Source: Asterias rubens
Taxonomy: Eukaryota
NCBI RefSeq assembly: GCF_902459465.1
Contig: NC_047077.1
Span: 3,906,001 to 3,970,000, forward strand
Length of the DNA stretch: 64,000 nt
Direction: 5' to 3'
Positions 25,401 to 40,400 of the stretch are shown in pieces; position 1 is the stretch's first letter; each line of letters begins with the position of its first letter. The notes under the pieces are model-generated. The model did no database searches and was not told the DNA's origin. It saw only the letters and a program-made list of their open reading frames with translations. Both the position numbers and the translations under genes were made by a program.

Positions 25401-28400
25401 TGCAAAATAAATAGCACACTGTGTTGGGCACAAATGCAGCCACAGCAGTGAGGGAATAAACAGCACACTGTGTTGTGCGCAAATGCAGCCACAGCAGTGA
25501 GGGAATAAACAGCACACTGTGTTGGGCACAAATGCAGCCACAGCAGTGAGGGAATAAACAGCACACTGTGTTGGGCACAAATGCAGCCACAGCAGTGAGG
25601 GAATAAACAGCACACTGTGTTGGGCACAAATGCAGCCACAGCAGTGAGGGAATAAACAGCACACTGTGTTGGGCACAAATGCAGCCACAGCAGTGAGGGA
25701 ATAAACAGCACACTGTGTTGGGCACAAATGCAGCCACAGCAGTGAGGGAATAAACAGTGACTATTGTTACCTTTCTGATGTCCAATCCATCATCAACTGT
25801 GTGTTTAAATGGACCCATCTCAACCTCCCGAATCAACTCTTTCTGCAAAAAATAAAAAATACTTACATGTACTGGGGTCATGCTGTGCCAAATCAAAACA
25901 TACATTCAATTGTCCAGCTCACAGATTTCCATTAAATAAGTTTAAGTTGTTTCAACAAGTTGATTGAGCAAACTCCAATACCCAAATTTGATTGTTTTAG
26001 TAAGTGCTTTGGTCTTTTTGAGTTTTTTGGGCATTTATTTTTTGAGATTACAAGCTTTTAATATAACAAATAATGTTGTTATTATTTTCAATAATACAGT
26101 ATGCTAAATATACAGCATGATGATTACCAAATCTGAAGTTGTTTTCATAAGTTTCAAATTTTACTTTAAAAAGCACCCAAACTGTTCTGTTTCTACATTT
26201 TCTTGAAATGAAAGCAAATATGTGAGTAAGTCAATGATCAGACCAACAAAGCTTACGTCATTGATTGATTCCACTAAACCCAAACTAGCCAACACTTGAC
26301 ACACAGACTTACCCTGACTTTAGTCTCAGTATATAGATTGGGCAATATTTGATCCAACAAATCCCTGATGAGAGAGGGTTTATTGTGAGCAGCAGAGTTG
26401 AATGTAACTAGAGACACACGACGAACATTCAAATCTGGATCCTCCATTGTTTTCAAGAAATCTTGGATGCAACTCTTGAGGAGAGGATCAATGGGCTGAC
26501 ACTAGAAGACAAATGCACAAGATCAGTTAATCAAGATTTCAAGATCAGTTAATCAAGATTTCAAGATCAGTTAATCAAGATTTCAAGATCAGTTAATCTA
26601 GATTTCATATCAGTTAATCAAGATTTCAAGATCAGTTAATCTAGATTTCAAGATCAGTTAATCTAGATTTCATATCAGTTAATCAAGATTTCAAGATCAG
26701 TTAATCTAGATTTCAAGATCAGTTAATCTAGATTTCAAGATCAGCTAATCTAGATTTCAAGATCAGTTAATCCATATTTTATCTATTATGCAAAGCACAA
26801 GGGTGTCATGGCCGAGTGGTTAAGAGCATCAAATTCAAGTTTTGGTGGTAAGTCACTGGGGTGTACGGGTTCAAATCCCGGTCATGGCACTTGTGTCCTT
26901 GAGCAAGATGTTTTACTGTAATTGCTTCTCTTCACCCAGGGGTAAATCGGTACCTGCGAAGTTAGAGGTTGATATTGTGTTAGAAAAAGCCTTCTGAGCA
27001 CACGGCATCTCGGGTTGTATACTCGCCAGGGAGAAAGATTACAGGGATGTTATTGTCCCAATGACCAAGGCACTAGTGTAAAGCACATTAAAGGCACTGA
27101 ACATGTTTGGTAATTGTCAAAGACTAGTCTTCTGATGTGTGTATCCCAACTTCTTGGTGTATCCCAACATAAGCATAAAATAACAAACCTGTGAAAATTG
27201 GAGCTCAATTGGTCATCGAGGTTGCAAGAAAATGATGAAAGAAAAAACACCCTTGTTGGACGAATTTATGTGCTTTCAGATAGGAATAAAAGACTTCTGG
27301 CTAGAAGTCTTTTATTATTTTAGTGAGAAATTACCTCTTTCTCAAAATCTATGCTACTTCAGAAGGAGCCGTTTCTCACAATGTTTTATACTATCAGCAG
27401 CTCTCCAATGCTCATTACCAAGTCAGTTTTTAAGTTAATATTTGTTTTGAGTAATTAGCAAACGTTATAATGAAATGCGCTTAAGAACTAGTTATTATTT
27501 AACTGTCAGAGATGCATTTAATACTGTACAAGTTGTTTGCAACATGACTTACCTGGTCTGATATGGTAAACTTCACAGCAGTGACTACTGTACTTCTTGT
27601 ATATGCTGAATCAGATGATAGGCACTCCTGCATTTAAAACAAATTGATAACATTTTATTCTATAAAGCTTCTTTTTTAGATATTTCTCAGCGCCTTCATT
27701 CATACCATTATAACAAGCCTTTTTTACCACTTTTACCACATCCCACAACCAGTTCACTTCGGGATTCAAAATGTTTTTCCTATAAGGGATTTTTAGAAGT
27801 CAAAAAGCTCTGTCAATGAAAGTCAGTTTGGACAACCATAAGACGTTTTCTTGTAGATGCTTCCAGATTTATATGGCTTGTATTTTTGTTACAGTCTCCT
27901 TTCCGAAGTACAATTACAACATTACCTGTGTACAGCAATCTACTGTATTGTCCAAATCCACATGGTGTGTTGACACGACCATCGCCAATATGCATAGAAA
28001 CTTAAGTCCCTTAAGTCCCTTAATGAGTTGCAAGTTACCTAAGTCTCTTAAGCTCCTTAGGTAACTTGTGACTAAGCAACTCAATATACCAACTATTATT
28101 CAAATGTAACTGGCAAATAGCTTATAGTGCATTGTAAAGTATCTTGACTTACCTTGAGTTTAGGGAGTAATGTTTGTGGATCAATCAGTGTAAGTTTACC
28201 AAGGCACTCAGCAACTACATTCCTAGTTCCTTCTTCAGAGCATTCACAATGATTAAACAACATGGTCCTAAATAATAAACACAACAATCAATTAGTCATG
28301 GTGTTAGTACCAAATAATTGGGCCAAAGACAACTGCATTCAAGCAATTGTTTATTTCCAGGTTTTGTGGTTTTGTAAACGTAGACTTGGCGTGTGTGTAT

Positions 28401-31400
28401 CATCCTATGGACTACATTACAGACTCTATGCGCGTACATCAAGCAAAGGGATGAAAGAATCTATTCAAGTAAATGAGCAATTTCTAGTAAAAGCAAATTA
28501 CAAACTTGTTTCAGGTTTATTCTAGTGAAGTTTGGTATTTTAATCTGAAATAATAATGATAAACATTTAACTGGAAAAATCTGAACATGGAAAGTTTCTG
28601 AAGTTACTGAAGTGGTGTCCAACTTACCAAATACTTGCAACAAATGGCTTAAGATGATCAACAGCTGAAGGGCTGCTGCTCTGACATGCAATGATCTAGG
28701 ATAGTACAGAGTAAGATACATTTAATATATACAGTAGTGATTTCCAATTTCTCATGTCATATTCACCACTTATCTGGCCTAAACTGTGCCTTAAACTCAT
28801 CAAATTGTACAGAAGGTGCTTTAGATTATTGTTGTACTTGTTTACAATATGTGCTAAACATAAGTAGTAATGACATTCTGTTGTTGTTATTGGTCAATAT
28901 ACCATAAATGTATACACAGTAGACAACACACATGGTCACAACATTAGTGGGCCAAGTAGTGCTTTGGATTGAATGCGTAGTCACTGGTCCTGTGTGTTGT
29001 ACGTGTGAGGCTTGTAAACAACCAAGTACACTTGTATGTTTAAAATAAAGGGAGTCATCTCTGCCTCTATGGATTGCTCTTTCAATAAGGGAATAAAAGA
29101 GAAGTGACTCTTTCTTAAAAAGCCGTTCAAACCGACAGGATCGTGGCCTTTACGCCACAGCCACGACCCTGCAAGGTTTTAAATGGTCGTTTAAGAACAA
29201 GTCACTACTCTTTTATTTCCATTCATAAATGCCGTTTTGGGTAAAAGACGTAATAAAGTAGGAAACTCTGCATAAACTTACCTGTTTCCCAACGACTAGC
29301 TCTGTATGTGTGGTGCATTTTTATGAGACAGTTTTTGGATATATAGTTGTGTACGTAATGCATCCTCCTATCTATGGGCTATAAAATTAATCATCCCTGA
29401 GAATGAGGTTGTGGGCGAGCCCGCACAGACGTATCCAGAAACAACCGGTTATTAACAGCTCCAGCTGGTCATTATCAACCATTTAAACACCCCCCAAATC
29501 CGGAAAGAGCTCTGATACTACATAAAATAGAATACTGCATGAGAAAGATTGTTACCTCTTTGAGTGAATGAAGAAGGAGATATTGTCTCTTGGGTTGATT
29601 CACGATCTCTTCCAACACAAATGGCAAATACTGAGGTAAATTACCAACACTCACATTGCCTATGGTGAAAACAAGCAAATCAGTCACAGTTAACAATCAG
29701 TGTGGTTAAAAAGTATTGTCATGGTCAGTTTAGCTCACCCAGTTAGAAGCCTAGGGGACTAGTGCGACTTGTGTCCAAGTTGCCACTATTGATTGCTTAG
29801 TCCAGTCGCGACTACCGTTTTTTCAACAACTCAGTAAATTGTGCCACCACGACTACTACAAAAATAGTCACAACTACCTGTCCTACCTAATTTACTTAGA
29901 AAACACATTCAGACATCAGTGACACAATACTTCAATCTTTTCAGCATGAATTTTAGTATACTGCGGCTGCAGCAATGTTCCCCAATGCATTTTGGAATTA
30001 AAAAAATAGTCACGACTAGTGTCAATGTCGCAACTTTTGGTACGTGACTAGTTGAGTAGTAAATTTCACAAGTCGTCCAGGCTTACCCAATACCGTTCTG
30101 ACTAAGCTTGCGAGGGTTCCTTCAGTTACAGAGAGGCGATATCAAACATCACATATGCTAAGGATGTGCCTTTAAGGATGTAGACATTTTACAAAAAGCC
30201 CCTTTAGATCGAGTTACATAAACCATATATTGGAGAACATGATGTGGCATCTGAATGAAGTATGGAGTGTTAGTGAATCTTACCCAGAGCAAATGAAGCT
30301 GCAGTTTTGACCTCTTCACTTGATGCAGAGAAAGAATCCACAATGACTTTCTGTAGTTCAGGATGTCCACTAAGATCACTGCGTAATCACAATATAATAC
30401 AAAGACACTGTCAGAATACACATCCAAGCAAAAGTAGGAGAAAACAACTCTAACTTTAATCTAATTCAGCAGTGAAAAAACACTCATTATTTCCCATTAA
30501 TAATGACTCTGTGTTAAACAAAAACAGAATTTATTATTTCTGTAACGTAACTGGATGCAAAAGAACAAAACTGTAACTGTCAAAAATGAGATTGGCAATA
30601 GCATGCGCCCTCAATAAACCGCATTCCCGGTTTGAAAACGCACATACGCCATGTTGTAGGGAAGATATTTAAATGGTGACGTCATATTCAATACGGTCTA
30701 TAGGGGAGACTTCTACATTTGATCAACAAATACATAATGTCTAGTAGGATATGTAGTACACAGAATGATGTCTATTTTAGTGGCATTATTTAAAGGTACT
30801 GGAAATGTTTGGCAAGTTTCAAAGACTAGTATTGTCACTTGATGTATCTCAACATATGCATAAAAACAAGCCTGTGGAAATTTGGACTTGATTGGTCATC
30901 GAAGTTGCAAGAGAATAATGAAAGGAAAAACACCCTTATTACACAAATTGTTGTGCTTTCTTCCAGATGCCTAATAAAAGGCTTCAGACCTTAAGTCTTA
31001 TTATTTGAGGAGGGAAATTACCTCTTTCTCAAAAACTATGTTACTTCAGAGGGAGCCCTTTCTCACAATGTTTTATAATATCAACAGCTCTCCATTGCTC
31101 CATTACTAAGTAAGTTGTTATGCTAACAATTGTTTGAGTAATTACCAACAGTGTCCAGTGCCTTATCATGTTTACTTCAAACCCTTTATGAGGGAAACAG
31201 TAAGCAAAAACAACACCCTATAACAAACTTACACATGTCTGCCAATTTCACCCAATGACAAGAGAGCAAAGAGCTGCACAGAGTCTGACGACTTGGTATT
31301 CTACACACACAAAACAAATAATAAAATAATACATAGAGACCATCGTAATCATTCTCATTAGGTCCGGTTCATCTGAATGCGATTAGAATGTTGACGTCAC

Positions 31401-34400
31401 AAATTAGCAATGAATAATTCGCTTGAGTGGAAATGTGCTCAACGTCTGTGAAACATTCGCAGTGAATATAATACTGTGACGTCAAATTAGTATGAATCGG
31501 GCTTAAGTCTTATTAATTGTACATTCAAAGTTCTTCTTCTTGTGTACAAAGCTCTCCATAAACAGTCATCATCATATATATCTGACTCACTACAGCTGCA
31601 ACCACAACGCAGACAGCTTAGATCATCCGGTCTTCCCATCAGTTTATTGTGCCCAGAACCCATGCTGTATCAATTGCAGATCACTCACTCTTCTGGTTTG
31701 GACCAAAGGAATGGAACACTCTCCCTAACCACATCAAGGATGCTAACACTATTCACATTTTCAAGAAACTCCTCAAATGTTTTCTATTCCAACAAGTATA
31801 TCGTAATTATTTTCATCCAACTGTCTTGAGCGCCTTTGAACAACTATGGTTGCTATATAAATTCCCTCTGATTGATACATGCAATAGGTGCTTTAAATCT
31901 AATTCTGCATAGCTCAATGCAAACACCATTACCAATACTAGTTTTTCTTATGAAGGCAAATTCCAAAGCATGTAAAATACAGTCATTGTTGAGAACATAG
32001 TATTTAAGAAGACCCTCCAAGTCACTGTTAAAATAAGCCAGCGTATGATTGTGCACAAGATTCCTGACAAAACATAAACTGGGACATTAAAAATCGATAA
32101 CATTGTCAATTGGTCGGATGTGGTTAATGTGTCCTAAATCTGTCACACAAGAATTAAAACTGAATGGTACAAGCCCACAGGGTACAAGATTTCATTATAA
32201 CAATAAGTTTACATTCCAAGGCATAATAAAATGAACCATACTCAAGTCTTAGATGAGATTTGAGGCATGTCTTACCTTTACATCATTAACAAACTGATTC
32301 ACAACAACAGATCCTTCTGCTGCACATGAGATAGTCAATGCTGCTACACACTTTGCTATAGAGTGAAAAGCCTGAAACAAAGAACAATAATAAATCAAAT
32401 GTTGGTTTTCAATTGATACATTTAAGCCAAGCTACCAGTATTAGACGTATGAGAAGGACTTACAAGGCCTACTTGTTAATCATTCATTTCTGCCAGTTTT
32501 ATCTACTCAACAATTATACACTAGTGTAATGTGAGACATGGTATTTATTTCATATGCAATTCATATCAAAAATAGAATTTTGCTGGTCATATTTTGAACA
32601 ACAAAAGCAAAACATCAACTTAGAGAACTTTTCTGAGCACACAATTTTTGTCATTTTATATTTGCTTGCACTAAGTTTACACGGTGGAGCTGTTCCCATT
32701 GGACATTTTTAGCGGTCCTGATGCATTACCGTGGCTGTGTGGAAGTCTTCCGCGACCTCTTTCGACCTGTAAGTTTTACATCACGATCGCGGTTAGTTGA
32801 CAGGGAGGTCAGTTTACCATGTGTACCCATTGGTTTTACAGAAAAGATCTACAGAAAAGTTGCGGTACTTTAACACCAACAAAAGTCCATTAGAACATGG
32901 CTAAAGATGTACACATAATAGTGCTCAATCTCTGCATCGTGCAATTTCTTAGATCTTTCATTCTTGAGTTGACAATCTTGGAAGCCATTACTGAAGGCTA
33001 CAGTCATGTAAGACACAGCAGGCTGAAAAGACACGCCTGACAAAACAACTTCATAGCTTTTGATATCTGTTAAACTCATGCTACCTACATCATACATTAG
33101 GCAATTGCACTTGTTATAATCATGCTACAACTTAAAGAATAATGTGGGCTGTAACTATTGGTTATTTTGTACTCAGTAATCAAAGGACCTACCTGTTTGT
33201 GCACTGCATAAGTGGAGGTCTGGGATTCTTTGGGGCTGTATATGGGCAGAGACAACATCTGAAGCAGATCTTGAAATCCCAACCTGGGTGTCTTAGTTGC
33301 TACAAGAGCCTGGAAGAACTCTAACATAGCATACAGTGCACCACCTACATATTCAAAACAATAATACTCACATTAAAGGCACTGGACAATATTGATTAAC
33401 TGATCTTGAAAATAGGCCTGGGTGAATAATTTGAATATCCTGTTAATGGCAAATAGCTTTTCCTGACTGTAACCGCAAATACAGTTTTTGACTTACCAGA
33501 CTTTTGACTTACCAGACTTTTGACTTAACATTTCAGTTGTGAAAACAAAAAGTACAACCCTTCTTTTTATTTTTATAATGCTGATATTTGTTCATGCTTA
33601 TGACGTTCATGGCTTTATGACCAAGTCAGAGGGTCTTCATTCCTTAAACCCATCTCAGCTCCCTGGGGAGTATAGATAATGTGCTGTTTTGTATGTCAAA
33701 TATCTAGCAAACTCAATCACACCAACCATCTCTGCCCTTATTTTTTAGTTCTGGGTGAAGAGAAGTACATTTTAAATTGTAATGAACAAAGCATCAGTTG
33801 CTTAAAGACCAAGTGTCTTTAAAACCCACACTCAGCCAACATGAGTTGGGTGCACTACTAGGCCACAAAATGTTTATTTATTCGAGAAAAGCCTACTGTT
33901 CAGTCACCAATGGTCATGGGTTTGAGTCAGTGCTTATTAGCTCTCTTAGGAGAGCACCTGAAGTAGCAGTATGTTAGGCTAAGGGTTAAGCCCGGATCAT
34001 ACTTCCTGCGAATACCTATAATTCGCAACAATTGAACTGTGTACAACTCCTGCAAAACATTTGCTGCGAAAACGGCCATGTGACGTAAGTATGAACCGAG
34101 CTTTAGTACGTGTAATAGCTAATTTCTGACCTTACCTTGCAACAAAGGAGATTTGATCAAAGTTAGAATAGCATTGAGAATAGGTTCTCTGCTCTTATTG
34201 AAGCTTGTAGGATGAACATGACACATAGATGTCAAGAGATGAAGAGTGAGCTGTGAAATGTGTAGATCACTGTCACTGATTAATGGAGGTAGTTCAGCCA
34301 TCACTCCATCAATCATTGGCATAGTCAAGGACACTCCTATAAATCAACGCAAACAAAGACTTAGATAGAAGCTCTATCTCAATACAAAATCAATCACAAT

Positions 34401-37400
34401 CACACATCAATAAAAACATACTTATCAGTACGAGTTTGGGTCTATGATTGAAAGAACTTTAAAAAGGTCATCTTCACATCTAACTTTACAGCTATCTTTG
34501 CTGCTAAATAGTTACAGCAGGGGTTGGCTTGACAGACCTAGCTCAAATTCAACTTGTGTTCACATGGGGTCACGATCGCTGATAGCATGGTTAGCCAGCA
34601 CAGAGTATTGTGGCTGTTGGTAGTTTTCTTCGCCACTGTTTGTAGTTTTGTTGAAGAAATTTACATGTTGGCTGGAAGAATAGCTCAAAGATGCTATGTC
34701 AGATTTTTGGCCCCAAACATTAAAAAACAGATTTTTATGAGTGAATGGTATTTCAAAGAGTATCACCCCCTCAACTGGAAACAAGTTTAACTTTTACTTT
34801 TAATGGTCAGGAACCATGAACAAAATTTAAAACGTTTCTATTAAAACACATAAGAATTGGTCACGTGATATATTGTCGGGATCCCGACAAAAACTAATTT
34901 TGAGCACTTTATTTCACTGCTACTAATAATTGGCGGACTTTTTCGAGCAATGGCTCAAATGAAAGCTTGTAACTTTCTCGACCCCCATCAAAATACCTAT
35001 TGAATTTTAAATCAAAATTTTGGGGTCAAATCGGCCAAACAATAGACATAGCATCTTTAATATAACACACATGTGCAGTTTCATAGTGTTGTTTTTGGCA
35101 GTGATTGGATTACATAAGTTGATGACTATTTGTTCAATTCAAGATGAGACAGTGTTCAGTAATCATTACTTACCATAATTTTTGAGTAGGATATCTAAAG
35201 CTGTGAGTGTCGACAGCTTCAGTGCCCTGTGGTTCTTGCGTAGGAAAGACGCTAAAATTGGCACTCCTTTCAACTAAAAAAAATGTAATTGAATAATTCA
35301 ATAAAACTTGGTGAAATGAAGTCCAATATCTCTTTAGCCTTTTTCAAACCATGTTGTAAACATCCCTAATGTCAGAAAAGACAAAAACTGATAAAACCTT
35401 TTGCCGAATGCTCGATGTTAGAAACAAAAATGTCTCAATATTCAGAGTAGCCAACTGTGACGTTTAAACAAACGTCTATAGAGCCTGTACCGTGGGTACA
35501 CCAACAGCGCATTCTTGGTGTCCTGCACATGCAAACCAAATTGCTTCTTAAAAGAAGAATTTTAAAACTGAGCAAAAGGCCATTGTGCCAATACAGTCGC
35601 AAAGTGCCAATACAGTCAACACGCAGACAAATTAATATTGATGAGTTTTGGACATGGGAGGATACACAACATTTCTGATCTTGTTGATCACAATGTAAAG
35701 AAATAAAAGAGATTCAATAGAGAATCTGATTAGCCATTATGTTCCCTGGTATATTTATTCAATCTAATCTAATATTTAGACTAATTCCAAAGTGCCTCAT
35801 CATGGACCACATGTACACAGACAGGCAAGAATCAATGCATGATGTACATGTGTAACTACAATCCTGGTCATACTGTAACTCATTTGACCAGTTAAAAAAT
35901 CAATTCAAAACTTGGAGCACTAACCAGTCCCAATACTAAGCTCAGTCATTTTCTACACATGCAACCTGACGTTATGTATCTTTGTATTAAGTCAACTCAT
36001 CGTTGACATACATACCAGGATTGGTGTAATGTCAATCTTCAATGGAGATCCAGCAATCATGGTCAATGCTTTGACTGTCGTCAGACGAGTTATTTCATTC
36101 TTAAGACGCTCCAAGAAGATAGGTAGACAAGTACTCAGCTCAGACTGAAGATGGTCCCCAAGATTACACAGAACCTGTCCCCTAAATCATTACATAGTAA
36201 TAATATGAATCATTAGTGAAACATAAATTGAGCTAGGAATCAAACTACTTTTTGGTCTCACACTTCATAGTCTTTGTGCTAACCACATGTAGAAGGTTTA
36301 ACTAGACCTTATTAAAGTGTTGTTTTTGGAAACCTAGTTTAAACTATCTGTGGATCAGGTCCAATCAATGCTGTACTTACATGCATGAGATAGCACGTTC
36401 CTTGACTTCCTGATCAATGTCTGCAGCCTTCAGTCTCATTAAAGTACAGGTATATAGATCCAATACATAGGGACTGTAGTCAAAACCAGTGTCAGTATCT
36501 ACCATACAAACAGCAATTCATTCAGTTATCACATCTACAATTGACAATTACAACTTATATAAACCATGTAAGGCCAAACAAAAATAAAATCATGTAAAGC
36601 ATCCCCGCCTGCTTCCTTTTGAAAGGTCGCACCTTTTTTTTCTTTTTCTTTTAACAGAAAAAAAGGATAAGTTTTAACAATCTCAGACAAAAACAATAAA
36701 ATTGGAAAAATAGCCCAGCCAGTTGTCTTTAAAAAATATGCTGGGCGGCCATTTTGAAGAGAAAAAAATGTGAAATCACATTTCTAAAACAGCGTCAGAG
36801 CTTGAACTTCCTGCAAGCATGATCTGTTCACAGCCAAATGGAAGAAAATATAACATCTTACATTTCATGGAGATTGTACTATAAGATATTTATCAACTTT
36901 TGGTGTGAAGAAAAGGGCACATTTTGAAACTTGTTGAGGTGTTATTCTTACAACTCTTGAATTTGAGTGAAAACTATGAACAGTGAACATAATGGTGAAC
37001 TATCTTGCCCTTAAAGGTCCTGGAATGAACATGGTCACTCTAATTGTAAACAACACAATCCCTACAAAGGTGCACAGCTTCCTGTATAATGGTGAACTAT
37101 CTTGCCCTTAAAGGCCCTGGAATGAACATGGTCACTCTAATTGTAAACAACACAATCCCTACAAAGGTGCACAGCTTCCTGTATAATGGTGAACTATCTT
37201 GCCCTTAAAGGTCCTGGAATGAACATGGTCACTCTAATTGTAAACAACACAATCCCTACAAAGGTGCACAGCTTCCTGTATAATGGTGAACTATCTTGCC
37301 CTTAAAGGCCCTGGAATGAACATGGTCACTCTAATTGTAAACAACACAATCCCTACAAAGGTGCACAGCTTCCTGTATAATGGTGAACTATCTTGCCCTT

Positions 37401-40400
37401 AAAGGCCCTGGAATGAACATGGTCACTCTAATTGTAAACAACACAATCCCTACAAAGGTGCACAGCTTCCTGTATAATGGTGAACTATCTTGCCCTTAAA
37501 GGCCCTGGAATGAACATGGTCACTCTAATTGTAAACAACACAATCCCTACAAAGGTGCAAAGCTTCCTGTATAATGGTGAACTATCTTGCCCTTAAAGGC
37601 CCTGGAATGAACATGGTCACTCTAATTGTAAACAACACAATCCCTACAAAGGTGCACAGCTTCCTGTATAATGGTGAACTATCTTGCCCTTAAAGGCCCT
37701 GGAATGAACATGGTCACTCTAATTGTAAACAACACAATCCCTACAAAGGTGCAAAGCTTCCTGTATAATGGTGAACTATCTTGCCCTTAAAGGCCCTGGA
37801 ATGAACATGGTCACTCTAATTGTAAACAACACAATCCCTACAAAGGTGCACAGCTTCCTGTATAATGGTGAACTATCTTGCCCTTAAAGGTCCTGGAATG
37901 AACATGGTCACTCTAATTGTAAACAACACAATCCCTACAAAGGTGCACAGCTTCCTGTATAATGGTGAACTATCTTGCCCTTAAAGGCCCTGGAATGAAC
38001 ATGGTCACTCTAATTGTAAACAACACAATCCCTACAAAGGTGCACAGCTTCCTGTATAATGGTGAACTATCTTGCCCTTAAAGGCCCTGGAATGAACATG
38101 GTCACTCTAATTGTAAACAACACAATCCCTACAAAGGTGCACAGCTTCCTGTATAATGGTGAACTATCTTGCCCTTAAAGGTCCTGGAATGAACATGGTC
38201 ACTCTAATTGTAAACAACACAATCCCTGCAAAGGTGCACAGCTTCCTGTATAATGGTGAACTATCTTGCCCTTAAAGGTCCTGGAATGAACATGGTCACT
38301 CTAATTGTAAACAACACAATCCCTACAAAGGTGCCCAGCTTCCTGTATATTATATTCACTGGCCATGTTCAAAACATTTATTCTGTATTGAATGTTATAG
38401 TAACTAAATTTGAGGATAGAAAATGAAACTTACCCAGTGGTTTGATGACTTTGACAATGGTTTGTGTGACTAACAGGGCTTCAGATGTGATTTTATAGAA
38501 AGTATCCCCTACTGCTGTTACAACTGGCTGTAGATTAACAATAAAGTGTCACATGATTTTTAATTAAGACTCCATACTTATAGTAAAGCATAACTACAAC
38601 CTACAATGTACTTACAGCATCAATAGATTCCATTTGCTGAGTGTTCACCACAGCTCACCCACAATCCTTCTTCCTGCATGTCCTGTGCCTAAATCTACAC
38701 AGCTGTGTTGTTTGCATTACCAAAGTTAAGCTTTGATACGGATCAAACAAAATTAGAAAACATTGTTTGTGTTTGAAGTAAATGTTTGGTACATTGTATT
38801 TAGTATTTTTTCCAAAAACCAAAGTCAAGAGATCTGAAAAAAGTCTCAAGACTAACTAACATGCCTGGTACAAGTACTACAGCTCTTCCAATAACTTCAA
38901 GTTCCATGGATCCAATAATGTCTGGTACAATGACTTGCTTAGTCACAATGTACTGCTTACATTTGAATTCCTCAGACTATAGAGACAGTTGCTATGTGAA
39001 ATGATTTGGGCAAACCTTTGCAAAGCATCTCCAGATGAGCAAACCCTGGTACCATTCATTCAAAGCTATGAAATGAGCCATTTGAAAGTTAGATTTGAAT
39101 AATGTCTGGTACAATGACTTGCTTAGTCACAATGTACTGCTTACATTTGAATTCCTCAGACTATAGAGACAGTTGCTATGTCAAATGGTTCGGGGCAAGC
39201 TTTTGCATAGCAACCTCCAGATGAGCAAACCCATGTACTAATGTGACATACACATCCATTCATTCAGAGTTGTGTATGGGTCTTCACCATACATGTCTTA
39301 CGTAATACGCAAAAGCTTGACCAGAATTATTTTTTTATTATTATTATTATTTTATTCGCCATAACAGTACAAAACAAAATACATTGACAACATTATACCC
39401 CAAGATGGGCAAGGGACAACAAAAGCAAATACATACTATGATCCGTAGATCTGTTGCCCCACATCTGGGGTACACAATAAAATTAATATAGATTTAACAT
39501 AATATAGTACACAAAGCAATAATAAAAGCAGAAAATTAAAAATCAATAGAAAATGCTAAATATATATTAAGAATAAAAAATCAATTAAATTAAAATCATG
39601 TGACATAGCAACTGTCTCTATATTTGGAGGATTTCAAATTTGTGTGGTACTTAAGATCAAGCACGTCATTGTACCACACAATATTTAAATATAACTCACA
39701 AATGGCTTATTGATGGCTCTTTATCAAAACACAGAGCCAATGAAGGAAAGCAAATAATCTAACCAGGCAAGAAGAGACAGGAGAGGGATATACTTACAGG
39801 CACAATCACACCTATGTGAGGATGGAAGGCTTGTGGACTATGGTTTACCATCAAACAATTCAGGAAAGACAAGGTGTCAATCTTCATATTGGAACTGCTA
39901 TTCTTGTCTCTATAGGAACAAACAATTCAAGAAAGACAAGGTGTCAATCTTCATATTGGAACTGCTATTCTTGTCTCTATAGGAACAAACAATTCAAGAA
40001 AGACAAGGTGTCAATCTTCATATTGGAACTGCTATTCTTGTCTCTATAGGAACAAACAATTTAAGAAAGACAAGGTGTCAATCTTCATATTGGAACTGCT
40101 ATTCTTGTCTCTATATGAACAAACAATTCAAGAAAGACAAGGTGTCAATCTTCATATTGGAACTGCTATTCTTGTCTCTATAGGAACAAACAATTCAAGA
40201 AAGACAAGGTGTCAATCTTCATATTGGAACTGCTATTCTTGTCTCTATAGGAACAAACAATTCAAGAAAGACAAGGTGTCAATCTTCATATTGGAACTGG
40301 AACTGCTATTCTTGTCTCTATAGGAACAAACAATTCAAGAAAGATAATAAGATGGAATTGGTTTCTTCCATCATGCATTGTGACAGAAGGAACATCTCAT

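Noticed and set aside
26800-26890. tRNA gene (also 20110-20195 and 49270-49354)
   Set aside because: A/B boxes are present, but the acceptor and anticodon stems are broken and each runs into a SINE body
27605-27610. Alternative acceptor ttcag inside CAND1 exon x
   Set aside because: Wrong phase; the upstream acceptor at 27628 restores the frame and the expected residue count
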